Shown here in pieces: positions 28,631-42,509 of a stretch of 64,000 nucleotides of DNA. Source of the stretch: the human T2T-CHM13v2.0 reference genome, Homo sapiens. The position numbers and the translations under genes are program-made. The stretch lies in assembly GCF_009914755.1 (NCBI RefSeq), contig NC_060932.1. One strand, 5' to 3'. Under the pieces are notes generated by a model. That model saw nothing but the letters and a program-made list of their open reading frames with translations. It made no database searches and was not told the origin of the DNA. Positions within the stretch are counted from its first letter, which is position 1. Every line of letters begins with the position of its first letter.

Positions 28631-31197
28631 ACAGGGACCGAGACTAGGTTAATACTTTCCTTAGTCCTTCACTGACTAACTCCCAAATCTCATCTTTCAT
28701 ACCTTACATCTTAAAACAAAGGGCAGGGAGTTGAATCTAATCCATTACACTGAATTTCTTTACTAAAAGAAAAGTTTTGCATGCAGGATTCTACAGCAAG
28801 AGAGAGAATGAGAAGACCAATTTTGTCCTTGAGGAAGGTCAGGAGAGGGCATGAAGCATTCCCTAGAACTCTGAGAGCAAACCCAAAAATTGAAACCTTA
28901 CTATGAAAAGCTTGTGAGAACTACATGAGGGTATGAAGAAATGGTGACATAATATAAAAGAAAAAATATTCAAGTGTAATTGTTTTGAAATAACAACAAA
29001 TGATAGCAATGAGAGAGGAGAGAAAACAAGAAAGATTAAGGTTTTTGTAATTAAGTGATTCTAAATCACACCACTGTAAGTAGGACAAATTTTAGAATAC
29101 TGTATTTTATAAAGAGAAAAAAACTTGAAGTCAGCAATGCTCAAGACCAAGAAGGGAAGCTGGGGTAGCATGGATCGTACTAAAATGAAAATAGATTTCC
29201 TTAAAGAGGGAAGATTGAACAGATTTCTGCAAAATGTGATGAATAGTAATGCTCATCACCATGAGACGTTAGTGAAGATAAGCCTCTCAAATTTAAGCTA
29301 GATCCCTGAACCTGGGTCCTTTGCAACTCACACAGCTGCCAATGCATCAGCCAGGTTTTATTTTAACAACATTTACAATTTCCCTTTCAGTTGAAGCAAG
29401 GCTGAGGGACCATCTGAACAGATAATGAAATAACTGTGAAAGTTCAGAGCATGCTGAACAAAACAAAATATGTTTTGCCTGATTTATGCAAACTAAACAT
29501 ATTGTCAAGGTTTTGAAGCAGTTAGTCCAAAATATGCACAAAATACAGCAATTTCTCAAGTAGCCTGGCAGCAGATGAATTCAATGGTAATATGTCTCTG
29601 AAACAGTTTAATCAGACTATGTAGATGTGCTGAACATTTTGATATTTTTGTGGTATGAATTCATGAATAATGTCTTTTCCTTAAAGAATGCCCTACCAAG
29701 CTTACCCTAAAACCTCAACTCTTGACCTGTCGTAGTGCAGTTCTTCCCTTAAGGATTCTAGGAGCGTCTTCATTTTTGAAGCATCTGTTAAAGAAGAAAT
29801 GGAATTAAATGTTAATTGCTCCTTTCCCTGTTGTAAGCAAACCAGATCAATGGTGGGCCTCCACTGCCGTTTCTTGCACACTGTGACTCATCCCGAGGCC
29901 TCCAGATGTGGAACTTCCAAAGCCAATTGGAAGAAACTGTTCTTTGATAGCTCAGAAAACGTCCAGGTCTTTCTGTGTCTGTGGGGAGTTTTTCTACTCC
30001 CAAATATGGCTGCAATGAAAAGATCATTGAATTCTGCAAATATCTGAAGTTAGAGAACTCTGAAATCCAATTTTTTGTACACCCTGATGTGTTAGGTACT
30101 GGAAAAGAAAACAGCCTTTAGAAAAATACTCTTTCAAGGCCAGGAGGGTAGGGGGGCAACATTGTCCTTAGAAAATACTTTAAAGGGTTTTGAATGAATC
30201 AAAGAGTGTCTGCTTATGACAACTTATCAATGGTTTTACATTTCTGAAAGAGGAAATTGTGATTCACAGGGCAAAGCCTTAATTAGGGTTGTGGCAAGTG
30301 GTGCTGAAAAAAATCTTGTCCCCTTCTCGCCGTACACCCCCTCACCGAGCAGGTTCATCCAAGGCCTCCCCTGTAGGACTGAAGAATAGACACTGCCTAC
30401 TGCCTACTTCGGATGTCACTGTAATCAGAAAGAGACATAGCAAAACAGCCCAGATAGTCATTGATTTTTCTGTAATGGCTTTGGAGCAAGCAAAATAATC
30501 AAATGTTTGACTCAATATTATCTCGGATTTTGGTGTGAAGAGTTTTTGCTCTTATGAAAAGCCAAATGTCATCATTTCTCAACTTCTTTGAGGGTGACTG
30601 ATCAGATTTCTAAGACCTTTGTTTTTCACCTTTCCTCATTAAACTCTGCAGTAGTCAGTTTCATTCCACAGAATTTAACATTTCTTTCAGTAACTTTCTC
30701 AACAGAAACCCAATAAATTATTTCTCCTAGGAATTTATGGGTGAGTTGCCTAACCTGCTGGATTTATTGTTAGCAATTTTTAGGGGATTCCTTAGTGACT
30801 GAAACAAGTGAAGGCAATGGCTTGCAATTCTCTCCTCACAGAAATCTTCCATTTTCTCAGAATAGTACCTGTAAATGTTTTTATGCTCATTCTCAGTCGT
30901 TCTAAAATCTAAACTAATAACATTAAATAAATAATTTCTACTACACTTCAAACCAATAAAGTGTTTTATAAATATCTTCATGGATGTCTGTCATCAAATG
31001 GGAAATCTGAGTTGGGGAGGAAGGATTAGCTAACAATACTGTCATTTCACAAGTAAAGAATTATGGAAAGAGGCATTTGATGGATATATACAGATTTACC
31101 CAATAGGATTTCATTCTTAAAATGTGCTACTAATTCTACCACAAAATGGAAAAAAATCCTGCAATGGTTCTATTTCTAGGCAAGGGAAATTTATCCT

Positions 31198-31220
31198 CCA
31201 ACAACAACAACAACAACAAA
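31198..31220. repeat. (CAA)n microsatellite
   Basis: caacaacaacaacaacaacaaa. Confidence 0.9.
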
Positions 31221-32049
31221 ATCTTTAAAGAAAAAAATTATGGCCTATCACCCTAGTATGTAACAAAAATATTATATAACTTATTTAGTAATGTCAAGAT
31301 ATTATTTTCTGATATTCAGACAACTAGATAAATTCAAATCTATTACTCCTATTACAATGCATCCAAATCCAATATTGTTTGTACCTTAGGAGAGAACTTG
31401 ATTTGGAGTAATTATGTAATAGGCAGCAAAGAAGACCAATACAACCTTAGTTCCACCATTAACTTGATCTGTGACCTTGAGACTGTCACTTTAACTTCCT
31501 AGGGCTCCCCTGGAAAATGCACAGTCGTACCTCCTTCATACACTGCTATTTTAAGAACTAAGTAATATGAACTAACACAGTGCCATGCCAGGTGGGTTGG
31601 AGAATCTTCTAGGTAATAATGATGTAAATCTTAAAATTAATTCATATTGAATGAATATATTTTATGATGCTAGTTAAGAGACCATCTAGTTTTATTTTCT
31701 TATTCATCTGCTAATTTTTAGGCTCTGTATTTCCCTTCAGTAGCCTAAAATAAAATTCTTCCTCTTCTACTCCTCCTGATGCCCTCCTTGGTACACCTAC
31801 AGGATGCCAAGATACACTGTATTCACTGACTTCTCTCTCATTTCTCATATTTAATTAATCACCAAGTTTTTCCAATTCTTTTGTTCACAGCACCTTTCTT
31901 TTCCATTCTGTCTGAGTTTAGACTCTCCCAATCTCACACCTAAACAACTGCAGGGTTGCATCTTGGTTCTACTGCTTACCAGTTGTGTAAAACCATTCTT
32001 TCGTGTCTCAGATTCACCATTATTTATTTGTAGAATAGTGAGATAGTAA

Positions 32050-32565
32050 AACCTAGAACTGAGAAAGTAAGCTCATCCTGCTAGCAATCAGGCTGTGATA
32101 GCAGGTAGGTAAATTCAGAGACAAAGCCAACACAAAATAATGATTCTTCCAAGGTCACGCCACAACCACAAAACATCTTACACCCTTTCTTTTGAACAAG
32201 TACTGCTTTTTTATCAATGACTTCCCAAGACCCATTTTGTTGCTCTGCTTTCTAAAAAAAAAACATTACAGCACTACCCAGTCACTAAGCTACCCCCACT
32301 TCATGGCAGCAACCGGCCCAGAGCTAATGCCCATTTCTGCTAATCCAAATTCAGAAATAGCACCCAATCCAGAGGTGATCCCCATTCACCTCAGCACCCC
32401 CTTAGAAATATTCAGCCAATCCCAAAACCTACAAAAAGCCCCTGCCTACTTATTCTTACCAAGACACTTGACAAGTTCTCATTAGTGTAGGCTCACCTTT
32501 GTTGTAGCAAGTTGAATAATCCTTCTGGGACTACAGGTGTGTTTCTTATTGTCTCTGTTGCATGA
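32050..32565 (+). mobile_element. ERV1-type LTR (family uncertain) inserted into a MIR
   Basis: Recurrent CCAAT-like blocks (cacccaatccag, cagccaatccc) and a gtagcaag...gaataat end motif; MIR halves at ~31950-32045 and ~32640-32740. Confidence 0.45.
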
Positions 32566-34399
32566 GATAATATCAATAGGAATAGGAATCAATAGGAATG
32601 TGATAATTATAGGGAATTATAATAATATAATTCCCTTAAGGATGCTGAGAGAATTCTATGAGATAATATATATGCAGCACTTAGAATGCTAGGTGGCACA
32701 TAGTAAGCCCTCAATAAATACTAGCTGCTATTTTTATTTTTGTTGTTATCATCATAATCATTATCATTCTAACACCTTCCTTATTGATATATGCTTCCAA
32801 TCTCTTCCCTCCCAAGTCACTCTGCATGGGACTTCAAGTTATTCTCATCTATGTATTCCACTATCTGAAACTCAGCAGATTCTCCACTGCTATCAAATAA
32901 AGTGCAAACTGTCTAAAATCTAACACCTGTTCTGTTGACACCAAGTACCTGTGTCTTCATATTCTCCTACCAGATGCCTCCACTCTAGTTGGCTGGTTTT
33001 TTCCTGGCTCCCAAAGCACGGGTTACACATGGTCTGTGTGCTTCTACTCAAGACAAACTCCCATCTTGTAGGCCCCCTGACTTCCTTCCCATCTCTCCAG
33101 ATACCCATCCTTCAGCTTACTGCAAAGCCTTCCTCCTCCAGAAAGTACCCTCATCAACCGCTCATCCCCTTTGAGCAGCACCAAGCCTGAGGTTTATTCC
33201 ACTGACTTAGCACAAAAGCACAAAATCATATCCTTCTTTGCATGGCTACTTTTGCCACAAACACATTTTTATCTAGACAGTAAGCCCACCAACAAGTACT
33301 GGATCACATACCTCTTGTCATCACAAATAATTTTATCATAAATAAATGATATCCCTTGAATAAAGAGCTTCACAAATCAACCTTTCCATTTTCCTAAATA
33401 GTATATTTATTCCAATGAACTTTCCAATTAATTTGCACAATGAATTTCTCTAAGCATGCAGGGCTGTCAGGGTGGCCTCCTCAATCATGTTCAGAGTGGG
33501 ATTTTCAATTCCCAACTGCAAAACAGATAGATAATTTGCACATAGTTACATTGCCTTTATCTGTCTTTCATAAAATTGTATCTAGATATACTTCCCTGTA
33601 TCTAACCTATGACTTTTTTTTTTGCTCTGTGACAGTTCTCCTTTAAATTTTTCATTTTCTTACTTTGTGAAATAGATTGTAGTGAATCTTATGATTATTT
33701 CTACCTCAATTCTTTCCCTCTAAATTAATTTAATATTACTTTCTTTGCCTCTTGAATTTTTCAAAACTAAACTTATCCTCTCTAAATTTCTTATCCCACT
33801 TCTGATCCTCTCTGTCAGATCATTTTATAATAAACTTTCATTTTGATTCTGATTCATTCAGACAGAATCATCCTATTTCCATAAGTTCACTGGTTCTGCT
33901 AGTGTCTTCTGAACATTCTTTCTTTCCTTTGAGGATTTCCTGCTACAAAGTCCAGGGCATATTTTCATACAAACCAAACACATTTTTCCTAGTCTCCTTC
34001 AAAAGAACTGTAATCTGCTAAAGTTTTTTTTACAGTATTCTGTAACATGTTCTGGTATTCTTTTCATACAGATTTAAATACTTCAAAATGCTGAATTAAG
34101 ATTATATTTTCTTCTTCAATTTTCATATCTCAAAAGGCGATATTATCCAATAGACAAAAACACAGAAGAGGTTGGGGAATTTGTCCCACTGCGACTTTCT
34201 TTTGCTCCTAACCTTTCACTGAACCCTCTTGTTCATATGCCCATCAGGCATCAAGGACCATTTTGCTGGCCCAGGGGAGTCTGATCTGCTTTTTAAAACT
34301 GTTAAATATATAGTGTTTATTATTAATATGCCTGATTATTAGAAAGTTAGTCTGCTAATGTGCTAACGCATGACTAAAGAAGATCTGTACAACATTTGC

Positions 34400-34590
34400 A
34401 GGGGTTGGGGCAGCACTAAGCTCAGGTGTAAAGACCTAAGTTCAAGTACCAGCTGCAACCTCTTGTAGCCAGATGGCCTTGGATGATGCTTAGCTGCTCT
34501 AAACCTCCGTTTCCACTATGAAGTAGGGATAATAATAGCTATGTAATGGAGTTGTTACAAGTTTTGCAAAGTGTGAAATATCATCATAGA
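34400..34590 (+). mobile_element. MIR SINE
   Basis: agacctaagttcaagtaccagct...ggccttgg...ctctaaacctccgtttcc. Confidence 0.6.
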
Positions 34591-34879
34591 ATTTGTTAAA
34601 GAATTTGAAGCTAGTGATCTGTTTTCTGGTATACTCATTCAAAGTAAGTTCCTACACACACACACAAAAAAAAACAAACAAAAAAAAAAAACACACACAC
34701 ACCAAGCCCCCACAGTGTGTGGAACTGGAAAAAACAGACAGTCCTTAATTAAATGTGGTACCATTCAATTTACCTTCTATAAGCAGTCACAGGTAACGAA
34801 TGAAAGGGTTTGCTTTGTTTAGTTTGTGTTTTTATAACAAAGGTGAAGGGAAGGATAGAGGGAGGGAGGGAAGGACGGA

Positions 34880-36110
34880 GACAGAGAGACAAAGGGAATC
34901 TGCAAGTCATCCTTTCTTCCTGCCTCTCCCTTAGCCTACCACTCCCCACACACATCCAGTCAGTTACCAAGTCCAGTGGATTCCGCCACCTCAATATATC
35001 TTACCCTCATCCCCTTTCCTCCATCCTCTTCCCCACTACCACCACCAACAGCTCATCCCGTGCTACTTGCAACTGCCTGCAAACCAGTGTAGGCTCACTC
35101 CAATCCATTTGCTAATCTGATCATGTCACTGTCTTGCTTAAAACCCTTTGGTGACCTCCCAGTCATTTTAAATAACCTTTCTTCAGGAATTAGCTGTGTG
35201 TTCCTGTGGCTGCTGCCCTCTCCTTCAACAAGACTGATATTTTTGCCTTTATGGCACCTGCCAGATGCTGTAGTGTTTGCTGGTTAATTGTATATTTGCT
35301 TTATGTTTCCTCCCTTCTGGAAAGTTCCTAGATGGGGAGGGCCAGTGTCACACACAGGGCCAGTGATTGGTATCTATGTATCGAATGACGTGACAGTCTA
35401 GTTGCAAAGACAAGACACAGATAGGAAAGAGTGGAGAATGCATTTGAGACAACATCCAGTCATCATGTGCCACAGGCTCTACGCTTAAGTGTTGAGTGAG
35501 GTGTTCTGATCTTTCATAGAAAGAAGCAAGCACAGTCAGCATCTCTCACTCACTGTCTCTCCACCTCCACCACCCTAGTCCAGGTGCCATGATTCATCAT
35601 TCATTCTCTTTCTGCTTACCTCTCGCCACCCTGGCCCCCACCTCCTAGCCAGTTTAATCTCCAATAGCAGCCACAATGATCTTTTTTAAGTGACTATAAA
35701 TCAGCTTACCTCACTCCCCTGTTTATAACTCTTTAATGGTTTTCTACTAAATTTAGAATAAAATCTAAACTTAGGATAGGGTTCTCCAAATTCAGAGACC
35801 TTCCTAGTTCTCTGACCTCTGGCTGGAATCTTTGCCAGGATCTTCCCAAGATGGAGATCTTTCCTTTCTTTCACATCTCAGCTTAAGTACACCACCTCAT
35901 TTCCTTGACCTCCTAAAGACTGTCCATGACAGGTGTCACTGTGGGATCATTTATTTGTGTGCATGATCTCTCTCTCACTGTGACCCCTCCCCACCCAACC
36001 CCAGCAGCTCCCTGAGCAAAAGGCACCCATCCACGTGGCTCACCACTATTTTCCTAGTGCCCAGCCTTCCCTGGCTCCTAAGAAGGAGGAAGGGAATGTT
36101 TGTCAAATTA
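34880..36110 (+). mobile_element. L2 fragments
   Basis: cacatccagtcagttaccaagtcc, gatcatgtcactgtcttgcttaaaaccctt, agcagccacaatgatcttt. Confidence 0.65.
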
Positions 36111-36669
36111 ATGAGCACTCCCTCGTGTTCTGAGCAGGTCATTTTGCAAATCCTTCATCTCTGCTTTTATCAACATGCTCTCTGCCTCATCTGGGATCTC
36201 TGTAACTTAGGAACCTCTTGAATAGCGTATGTTTGCTAAGCATTTATGACCCAGCAGAAGCCAGAAAGAGAAAGCCACCATGAGTCATGCTGTGCAATTT
36301 TGAGTACCTTGAGAACAGGTGATATTTTTCACAGTGTCAGCTGCAGTGCTCTGTAAGTGCTTCCCTGTTGCCATGGTAAAGGTTTTATGAAGCAAATCCA
36401 GCCTGGGGAAGCAGGTTATCAAGCACTGGAGTCTGTGCACAGACACTGTCTCCCAAAAGGACCCTGGACCCAGCCAAGGGTGTTGTTCATGGAAGGTCCT
36501 TCATTAATCGTGATCTGAGTTCAGTCAAACTGGGATTTGATACCTGTCATACTCTACTTCCAAGCTCCTTGTCAAATGCAAGTTTCCAGGATTTCAGATA
36601 GAAGATTCATGATGTTCAAGTTGTTGAAACTAAATTCTCAAGAGGCAAACACCTGTAATTTTTCTACCC

Positions 36670-36830
36670 ATAACAATAATTATAGCTCACATTTATTAAG
36701 CATTTACTTTCATTGTCTCATGAATTCTAAGAACCATCTAGCTAGCAGATACTATAATTAGCTCCATTTTACAAATGAAAAAGCCGAGGCTCGAAGAGGT
36801 TAAGTAAATGGTCTCAGGTGACACAGGAAA
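36670..36830 (-). mobile_element. MIR SINE
   Basis: ccattttacaaatgaaaaagccgaggctcgaagaggttaagtaa. Confidence 0.75.
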
Positions 36831-37899
36831 TGCAAAGCAAGCTAAGTGTTGGAGCTGAGAGCAGACCAAAGCCCAGGTGTCCTGTCACCCCGAGGGCCAC
36901 AGGCTTTACTTACACCTCTAAGGGCTTTCCATGAAAGCCTATACCAGTTCTTCAAGGACCCTGGGAGCCCCATCTTGTAGCTGGTATACCCAACAAGCAT
37001 GGGAGGTGGTTGACAATCACAATAAGCCTTTTTTAAATTTCTCCCACCCCTTTGAACTCTATACAGTATGAGTAATATTGTTCTTGTCCACAGACCCCAT
37101 AATTTTTCTTCTCACTCAGAGGGAGCTATTTCATGTGGCAAACACAGTCTTAGCTGTGCAATTCAAAGTATTAGTCAAAACTTGGAACTTGACCAAATAT
37201 CAAATCTCTGCCTTCTCAGCTTGGCTCACTTTAGGCCACCTTCGTGCCACTCCCTTCCTGTATCCGTTCTGCAGGAGTAGGGTGAGACGCAAGGGAGTAA
37301 GACTGCTCTTATGTGAACTAGCATCCCTGTAAGCTGGCTTCCTGCTCCTCAGCCCAGCAGGGGTTTGGAAGCTGACTCTGTGCCATGTGTCTCTGTACTC
37401 TGGAGGATCCCTGCTGGGTTCTGCCCCCTACAGTTCCCCAGCCCCCCTGTAGTGGCCAGGTGTCACTTCCCAGGCTTCCCTCACCTCCCAGGCATCTCGA
37501 GGTGTGCCACCAGACCGCTGCTGCTGAGACCCTCTTACCTCTAAAACAAGCCTCTTGGGTGGTATCTAAGGAAATCTGATGACTCTCTCCTGCTTCACCC
37601 TAGGCACACTCATGTTCCTCATCTCCCGAAACTGCAAATGCAGGCCCATCCCAAAGAAGCAATTTTAATGTAATGAAACCAAAGCAATGAGTCCGCCCTT
37701 CTCTATAGATACTGGTTAATGATGTCCCAGTTGCAGAGACAAAGCTGAGTGTCCCACAGCTGCCCCCATTCCCCATCACTAGACCTGCAATGAAGGAGGG
37801 AGCTGCCCTCTGGGAAGAGAGAGAGTGGATGGGATCCCTTGCAAGGCTTCCTCCGTAGACCTCCTCACAGTCCCCCACTCTCTACTCTGCACTCTGGCT

Positions 37900-39113
37900 C
37901 CTTTTTGAAAAAATGGTGGTAAAATATACATAACATAAAATCTACCACTTTACCCATTTTCAAGTGTACAGTTTTTGGCATTAAGTACATTCACATTATT
38001 GTGCAACCATCACCATCATCCACCTCCAGAATTTTTTTATCTTCCCAAACTGAAAGTCTGAACCCACTAAACACTAATTCGTCTTTCCTCTCTCTTCTCC
38101 CAGCCCCTGGCAACCACTGCTCTACTTTCTATGAATTTGACTACTCTAGGCACTACATCTAAGTGGAATCATACAGTATTTGTCCTTTTGTGAAGGAGTT
38201 ATTTAGCTTAGCATAATATCTTCAAGTTTCATCCATGTTGGAGTATACATCAGATTTCCTTCCTTTTTAAGGCTAAATAATATTCCAGAGAGAGAGAGAG
38301 ATCACATTTTGTCTACCCATTCTTCCATCTATGGCATTTGGGTTGCTTTCACCTTTTTGTATGTGTAAGTAATGCTGCTATGAACATGGGTGTACAAATA
38401 ACTCTTTGAATCCCTGTTTTCAGTTCTTTTGGGTATTTATCCAGAAGGGGAAATGCTGCATCATATGGTAGTTCTATGTTTGATTATTTGAGGAATCACT
38501 GTACCATTTTCCACAGTGGCTACACCATGTTATGTTCACCCCAGTAGTACACAGGGCTCCAATTTCTCTACGTCCTCCCTGATGCTTGTTATTTTCTGTT
38601 GTTTTGATAATAGTCATTTCAATGGGTGTGAAGTGGTATCTCACTGTGGTTTTGATTTGCATTTCCCTGATGACTAATGATGGCAAGCATCTTTTCATGT
38701 GCTTACTGGCCATTTGTATATCTTCTTTGGAGAAATGTCTGTCTAATTTCTTTGCCCATTTTGTAATTGCATTGTTTGGTTTTTTTAATTGTCGAGTTAT
38801 AGAGTTCTTCATATATTCTGGATATCGGTCCCTTATCACACACATGATTTGCTAATATATTCTCCTGCTCCATGGGTTCTCTTTTCACTCTTTTGATAGT
38901 GTCCTTTGACACATAAGCTTTTAATTTTGATATAGTCCAATGTATCTATTTTTCATTTTGTTGCCTGTGCTTTTGGTGTCATATTAAAGAAATCATTACC
39001 AAATCCAATGTCATAAAGGGTTTCCATTACCTTTTCTTTTAAGAGCTTTATAACATTTGCTTATGTTCAGGTTTTGGTCTATTTTGAGTTAATCTTTATA
39101 AATGGTATAACGT
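37900..39113 (-). mobile_element. L1MB-like 3' fragment (ORF2 C-terminus plus 3'UTR)
   Basis: ORF 38474-38845 ([39 protein letters not shown]); 3'UTR gtggtaaaatatacataacataaaa. Confidence 0.92.
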
Positions 39114-39454
39114 ATCTGACATCCTTTTTAAGGTCTTAATCTGCTGTGGATCCTAGCATCATGGATTTTCATTGGAAATCTCATATGCAACTTTCTCTTA
39201 TACTTACTTTGGTATCCATTACGTATCATATCAGTACCTCAGTCATAGCTGAGGCTGGAAGAGTCTAATTCTAACATCTGTTGATGGGAAGTATCTACAG
39301 GAAGTAGGAACTGCCGATTATCAACAGTCTTCCCGTAGGATCCCATAGAACACAAATCCTACTGCAGTAGCAGGTCTACATGTTGGTGTTTTGCATCCTA
39401 ATGAAAGTGCATTAGGAGTGGAATTTTTTATGCCTATGAACAATAAGGAAGGGG

Positions 39455-39680
39455 AAGAGGAGTATTCAACTGGAAGAAGAGAAGGCTGCGGGGGATAAGA
39501 ATAGTTTGCAAGCATATGACAGGGGTTGTGGACAGCTGTTCCCGTACCTCACGGAGGAAAGAATAAAAGGAAATAGGTTTAAATTGCAGCATGGAAGATT
39601 AATTTAGATATTTCCTGAGAGTGTGTATCTAGGTTACCAAGGATGGTAAATCTTTTCCTTTAGAGATTTATCTTTTTAAA
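39455..39680 (+). mobile_element. L3/CR1 LINE 3' fragment
   Basis: ttcaactggaagaagagaaggctg...cagctgttc...ggaaataggtttaaattgcagcatggaagatt...aggttaccaagg. Confidence 0.65.
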
Positions 39681-40840
39681 GAAAATAAAAGTGAGGTTGA
39701 ATGGAGGCGGGGATGAAGTAATTGACTCCTTAGAGTCTTCCCTATTGGGACATGATATTGCAGAAGAAAATCCATATTTTGAAAAGAACTAATTTCTTCA
39801 CTAGTCAGTAATTTTGAACACAAAGGATTAAAATCCAAAGCACTCTCAGGTATAACTTCCAAATATGTTGCTGTCTATTGCCTTTGCACAATTTCTGTGC
39901 CATTTATGATGGCTAAATGTAAGCAGCAGGAATAGCTACATAGCATCTTTGTGTTGCTTTTGCTTCTAAGTTTTCTGCCATATTTGTTTTAATTTGAATG
40001 CTGCAGAGAAAGGGTCAAACAGTGGTAAACATTTCTTTGCTATTATCATCATCTTTTGACTGGCCAGTGTATTGAAGAGGGTCCTGGCTTGAATTTCTGT
40101 AATATTAGATAATTCAATAATTATTTATGTTTAGTTTTAGAATATATCATGTGACTTAGCAGGGAGAGATTGACCTTCATATGATGGCTGAGGGCTGGGG
40201 AAGCTGGCTATTAGTAAAACTAGTTTTCACCCTCTGAGCATCTACCAGCTGCTCAGAAGAAGAAAAGAAAGGGGAGAAGTAACTTGGATGTATGCTAGGA
40301 AGTCAATATGACATTGAGATTTTTTTCCCACAAGAAATCCATTAAATAGATCCTTGATGTGTGAGGGAAACCAAATCTATCCTTTAAAATATATCAGAGA
40401 TATTTTTTAAACCAATATACTCTGCCATGGTGAAAAATTCCAACCAAAACATTTCCTTAGCCATGACCTTTAAAAAAAAACTGAACAATAAAGGACAAAT
40501 GAGAAAAATGCTTTAATTGCTACATCGGGACCCAAGAGTTGTAGACAGATCCTAAACTCCAACTTTTATTCACTCATTTACATAGTCATTTAACAAACCT
40601 TTATGAATGTCCACTCTCTAAATAGGTCACAGGCCAAATATTGGAGGTACAAGCCTCAGAAAGGCCTCATTTTTTTCTGTAGCTGGGCTCCCTTTCTGTT
40701 CTGTGCCTTCAATTTTAATGAATATTGTTCTTTCTACAACAAAATATCTTTCTAATTGCAATCATATAGAAAAAGAGAAAGGTTGATGTAAGGGATAATA
40801 TGAAATATATGAGAGGAGAACAAGGTTAAATAATACAAGT

Positions 40841-41142
40841 TTCTTTCTTTTTTTTTTTTTGAGATGGAGTCTCACTCTGCCGCCCAGGCTAGACTCCAAT
40901 GGCGTGATCACGGCTCACTGCAACCTCCACCTCCGGGGTTCAAATGATTCTCCTGCCTCATCCTCCTGAGTAGCTGGGATTACAGGTGCCTGCCACCATG
41001 CCCAGCTAATTTTTGTATTTTTAGTAGAGACGGGGTTTCACCATGTTGGCCAGGTTGGCCTCAAACTCCTGACCTCAAGTGATCCACTTGCCTCAGCCTC
41101 CCAAACTGCTGGGATTATAGGCGTGAGCCACCACAACTGGCC
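40841..41142 (-). mobile_element. Alu (AluSx/Sz-like)
   Basis: T tail then gagatggagtctcactctg...ctggcc; flanks tacaagtt / tataagtt. Confidence 0.95.
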
Positions 41143-41803
41143 TATAAGTTGATTTCTAACCACTTCTCTCATGAGGACCCAGCTTAAGTATTAATAATCA
41201 AAAAAATAATAATCAAATTGTAAACATGGTCTTAAATTACTATAGTATATTGTTAAGTAATGGGCTGAGCGCCTATGAGAAAATAGCTTAGTTTTTATGG
41301 AATTTCAATATGATTCTGTTTCATCTAATGTCCTGAGTGCTTGGATTGTTAAAGTAATAAGCATCCCATAAGTACTTATACATATTTCCATTAATAAAAA
41401 ATGGGTTAATGTTCATGCTATGAGGCCATTCATCATATGGCCCTAGCAGAGAAGTTGGCAGGGGTACCTGGATTTTTTTTAATGTGCACATTTTATTACA
41501 GCAGCTCTCCTAATCTCATAGGATTTTGTCTGAGAAAGGACAGATTTGCCGCTGCAGGGTTTCAGTGTTTATCCAATTTGAAAACCCTGGACATGTTACA
41601 AAACAGCACATGGGCTTCCATCTGTTTGCTCTTTCTATGGATCTGTTTTTTGAAAGGATTGAAAGATTTATTATGCTAAAAATATATTCTATTCTATAGT
41701 TTTCAAACCAAGCTAAGATCATTCATTTTCCAAGCCGTCTAAGAATGAGGATGCTATAATCACGCGTTCTTTAATTCTTTAAGCCTAGAAAGTCCTTTAC
41801 ACT

Positions 41804-41846
41804 ACTTACCTAAAAGTCCCAAAGTAAAACACACACTAGTAGTAAG
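41804..41846 (-). other. Juxtaposed 3'/5' splice signal (TAG|GTAAGT), recursive-splice-site-like
   Basis: Minus strand reads ccttactactagtgtgtgttttactttgggacttttAG|GTAAGTAG (AG=41811-41810, GT=41809-41808). Confidence 0.4.
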
Positions 41847-42509
41847 GCTAGTGCATTTCCCTTCTAGCACTCAAAGAAAGCTTAACATTTTTGACAGTTT
41901 GCAAATACCGCCTTGTATTTCTGATTCAGCCTTATTCAAAGTATCATAATAAAATATTATTAAATGTATGTTGATCTGCGTGCATTTATGATCTCCAGAT
42001 TAACGTTAGGCTTCTCTGTTGGGCCCTAACTTGGAGGTGCTTTTTGGATCCCTCCTCCCGTGATTCATTGTAATTTCATTTCCCTTGTCATGGCTCTGAC
42101 CAGAGAAGATTCTAAATATCTGCCCCCAAAGCCAAAATTATATCTTTTGAAAAGTGAAATGAAGAGTTGAGTCAGTAATTTATTTTAGATATTACTGCCT
42201 AAAACAATTCCCCAAAATTTATGGAAGTTGGAGGCCTGAATTATCATTCCTGAAGACACTGTCTTACAGGACTTATGTACATGAAATACTCCACATTTAA
42301 CTGAATTCAGTCATCATCCAACTTGCCACATCACTCTAGAAAAGCAGCCTAGATTAATGAAACTACTTTATCAGTAAATGGTAGATACACTGGACCCAAT
42401 TGAAATCTTCAGAATGAATGGAAATCTACTAATATTGTCAGAAAGTTGTTCTTTGATTCAGTGATAAGACAGCTTCTGTATAAAGAGTAGATGGGATAAC
42501 AATGAGGGG

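Noticed and set aside
29700-30115. Minus-strand exon 30098-29706 (ttttcttttccAG ... AGG|GTAAGC)
   Set aside because: 393 nt is long for an internal exon and there is no independent support.
37440-37460. CTCF-like ggccactacaggggggc
   Set aside because: Spacing and core mismatch to the consensus.
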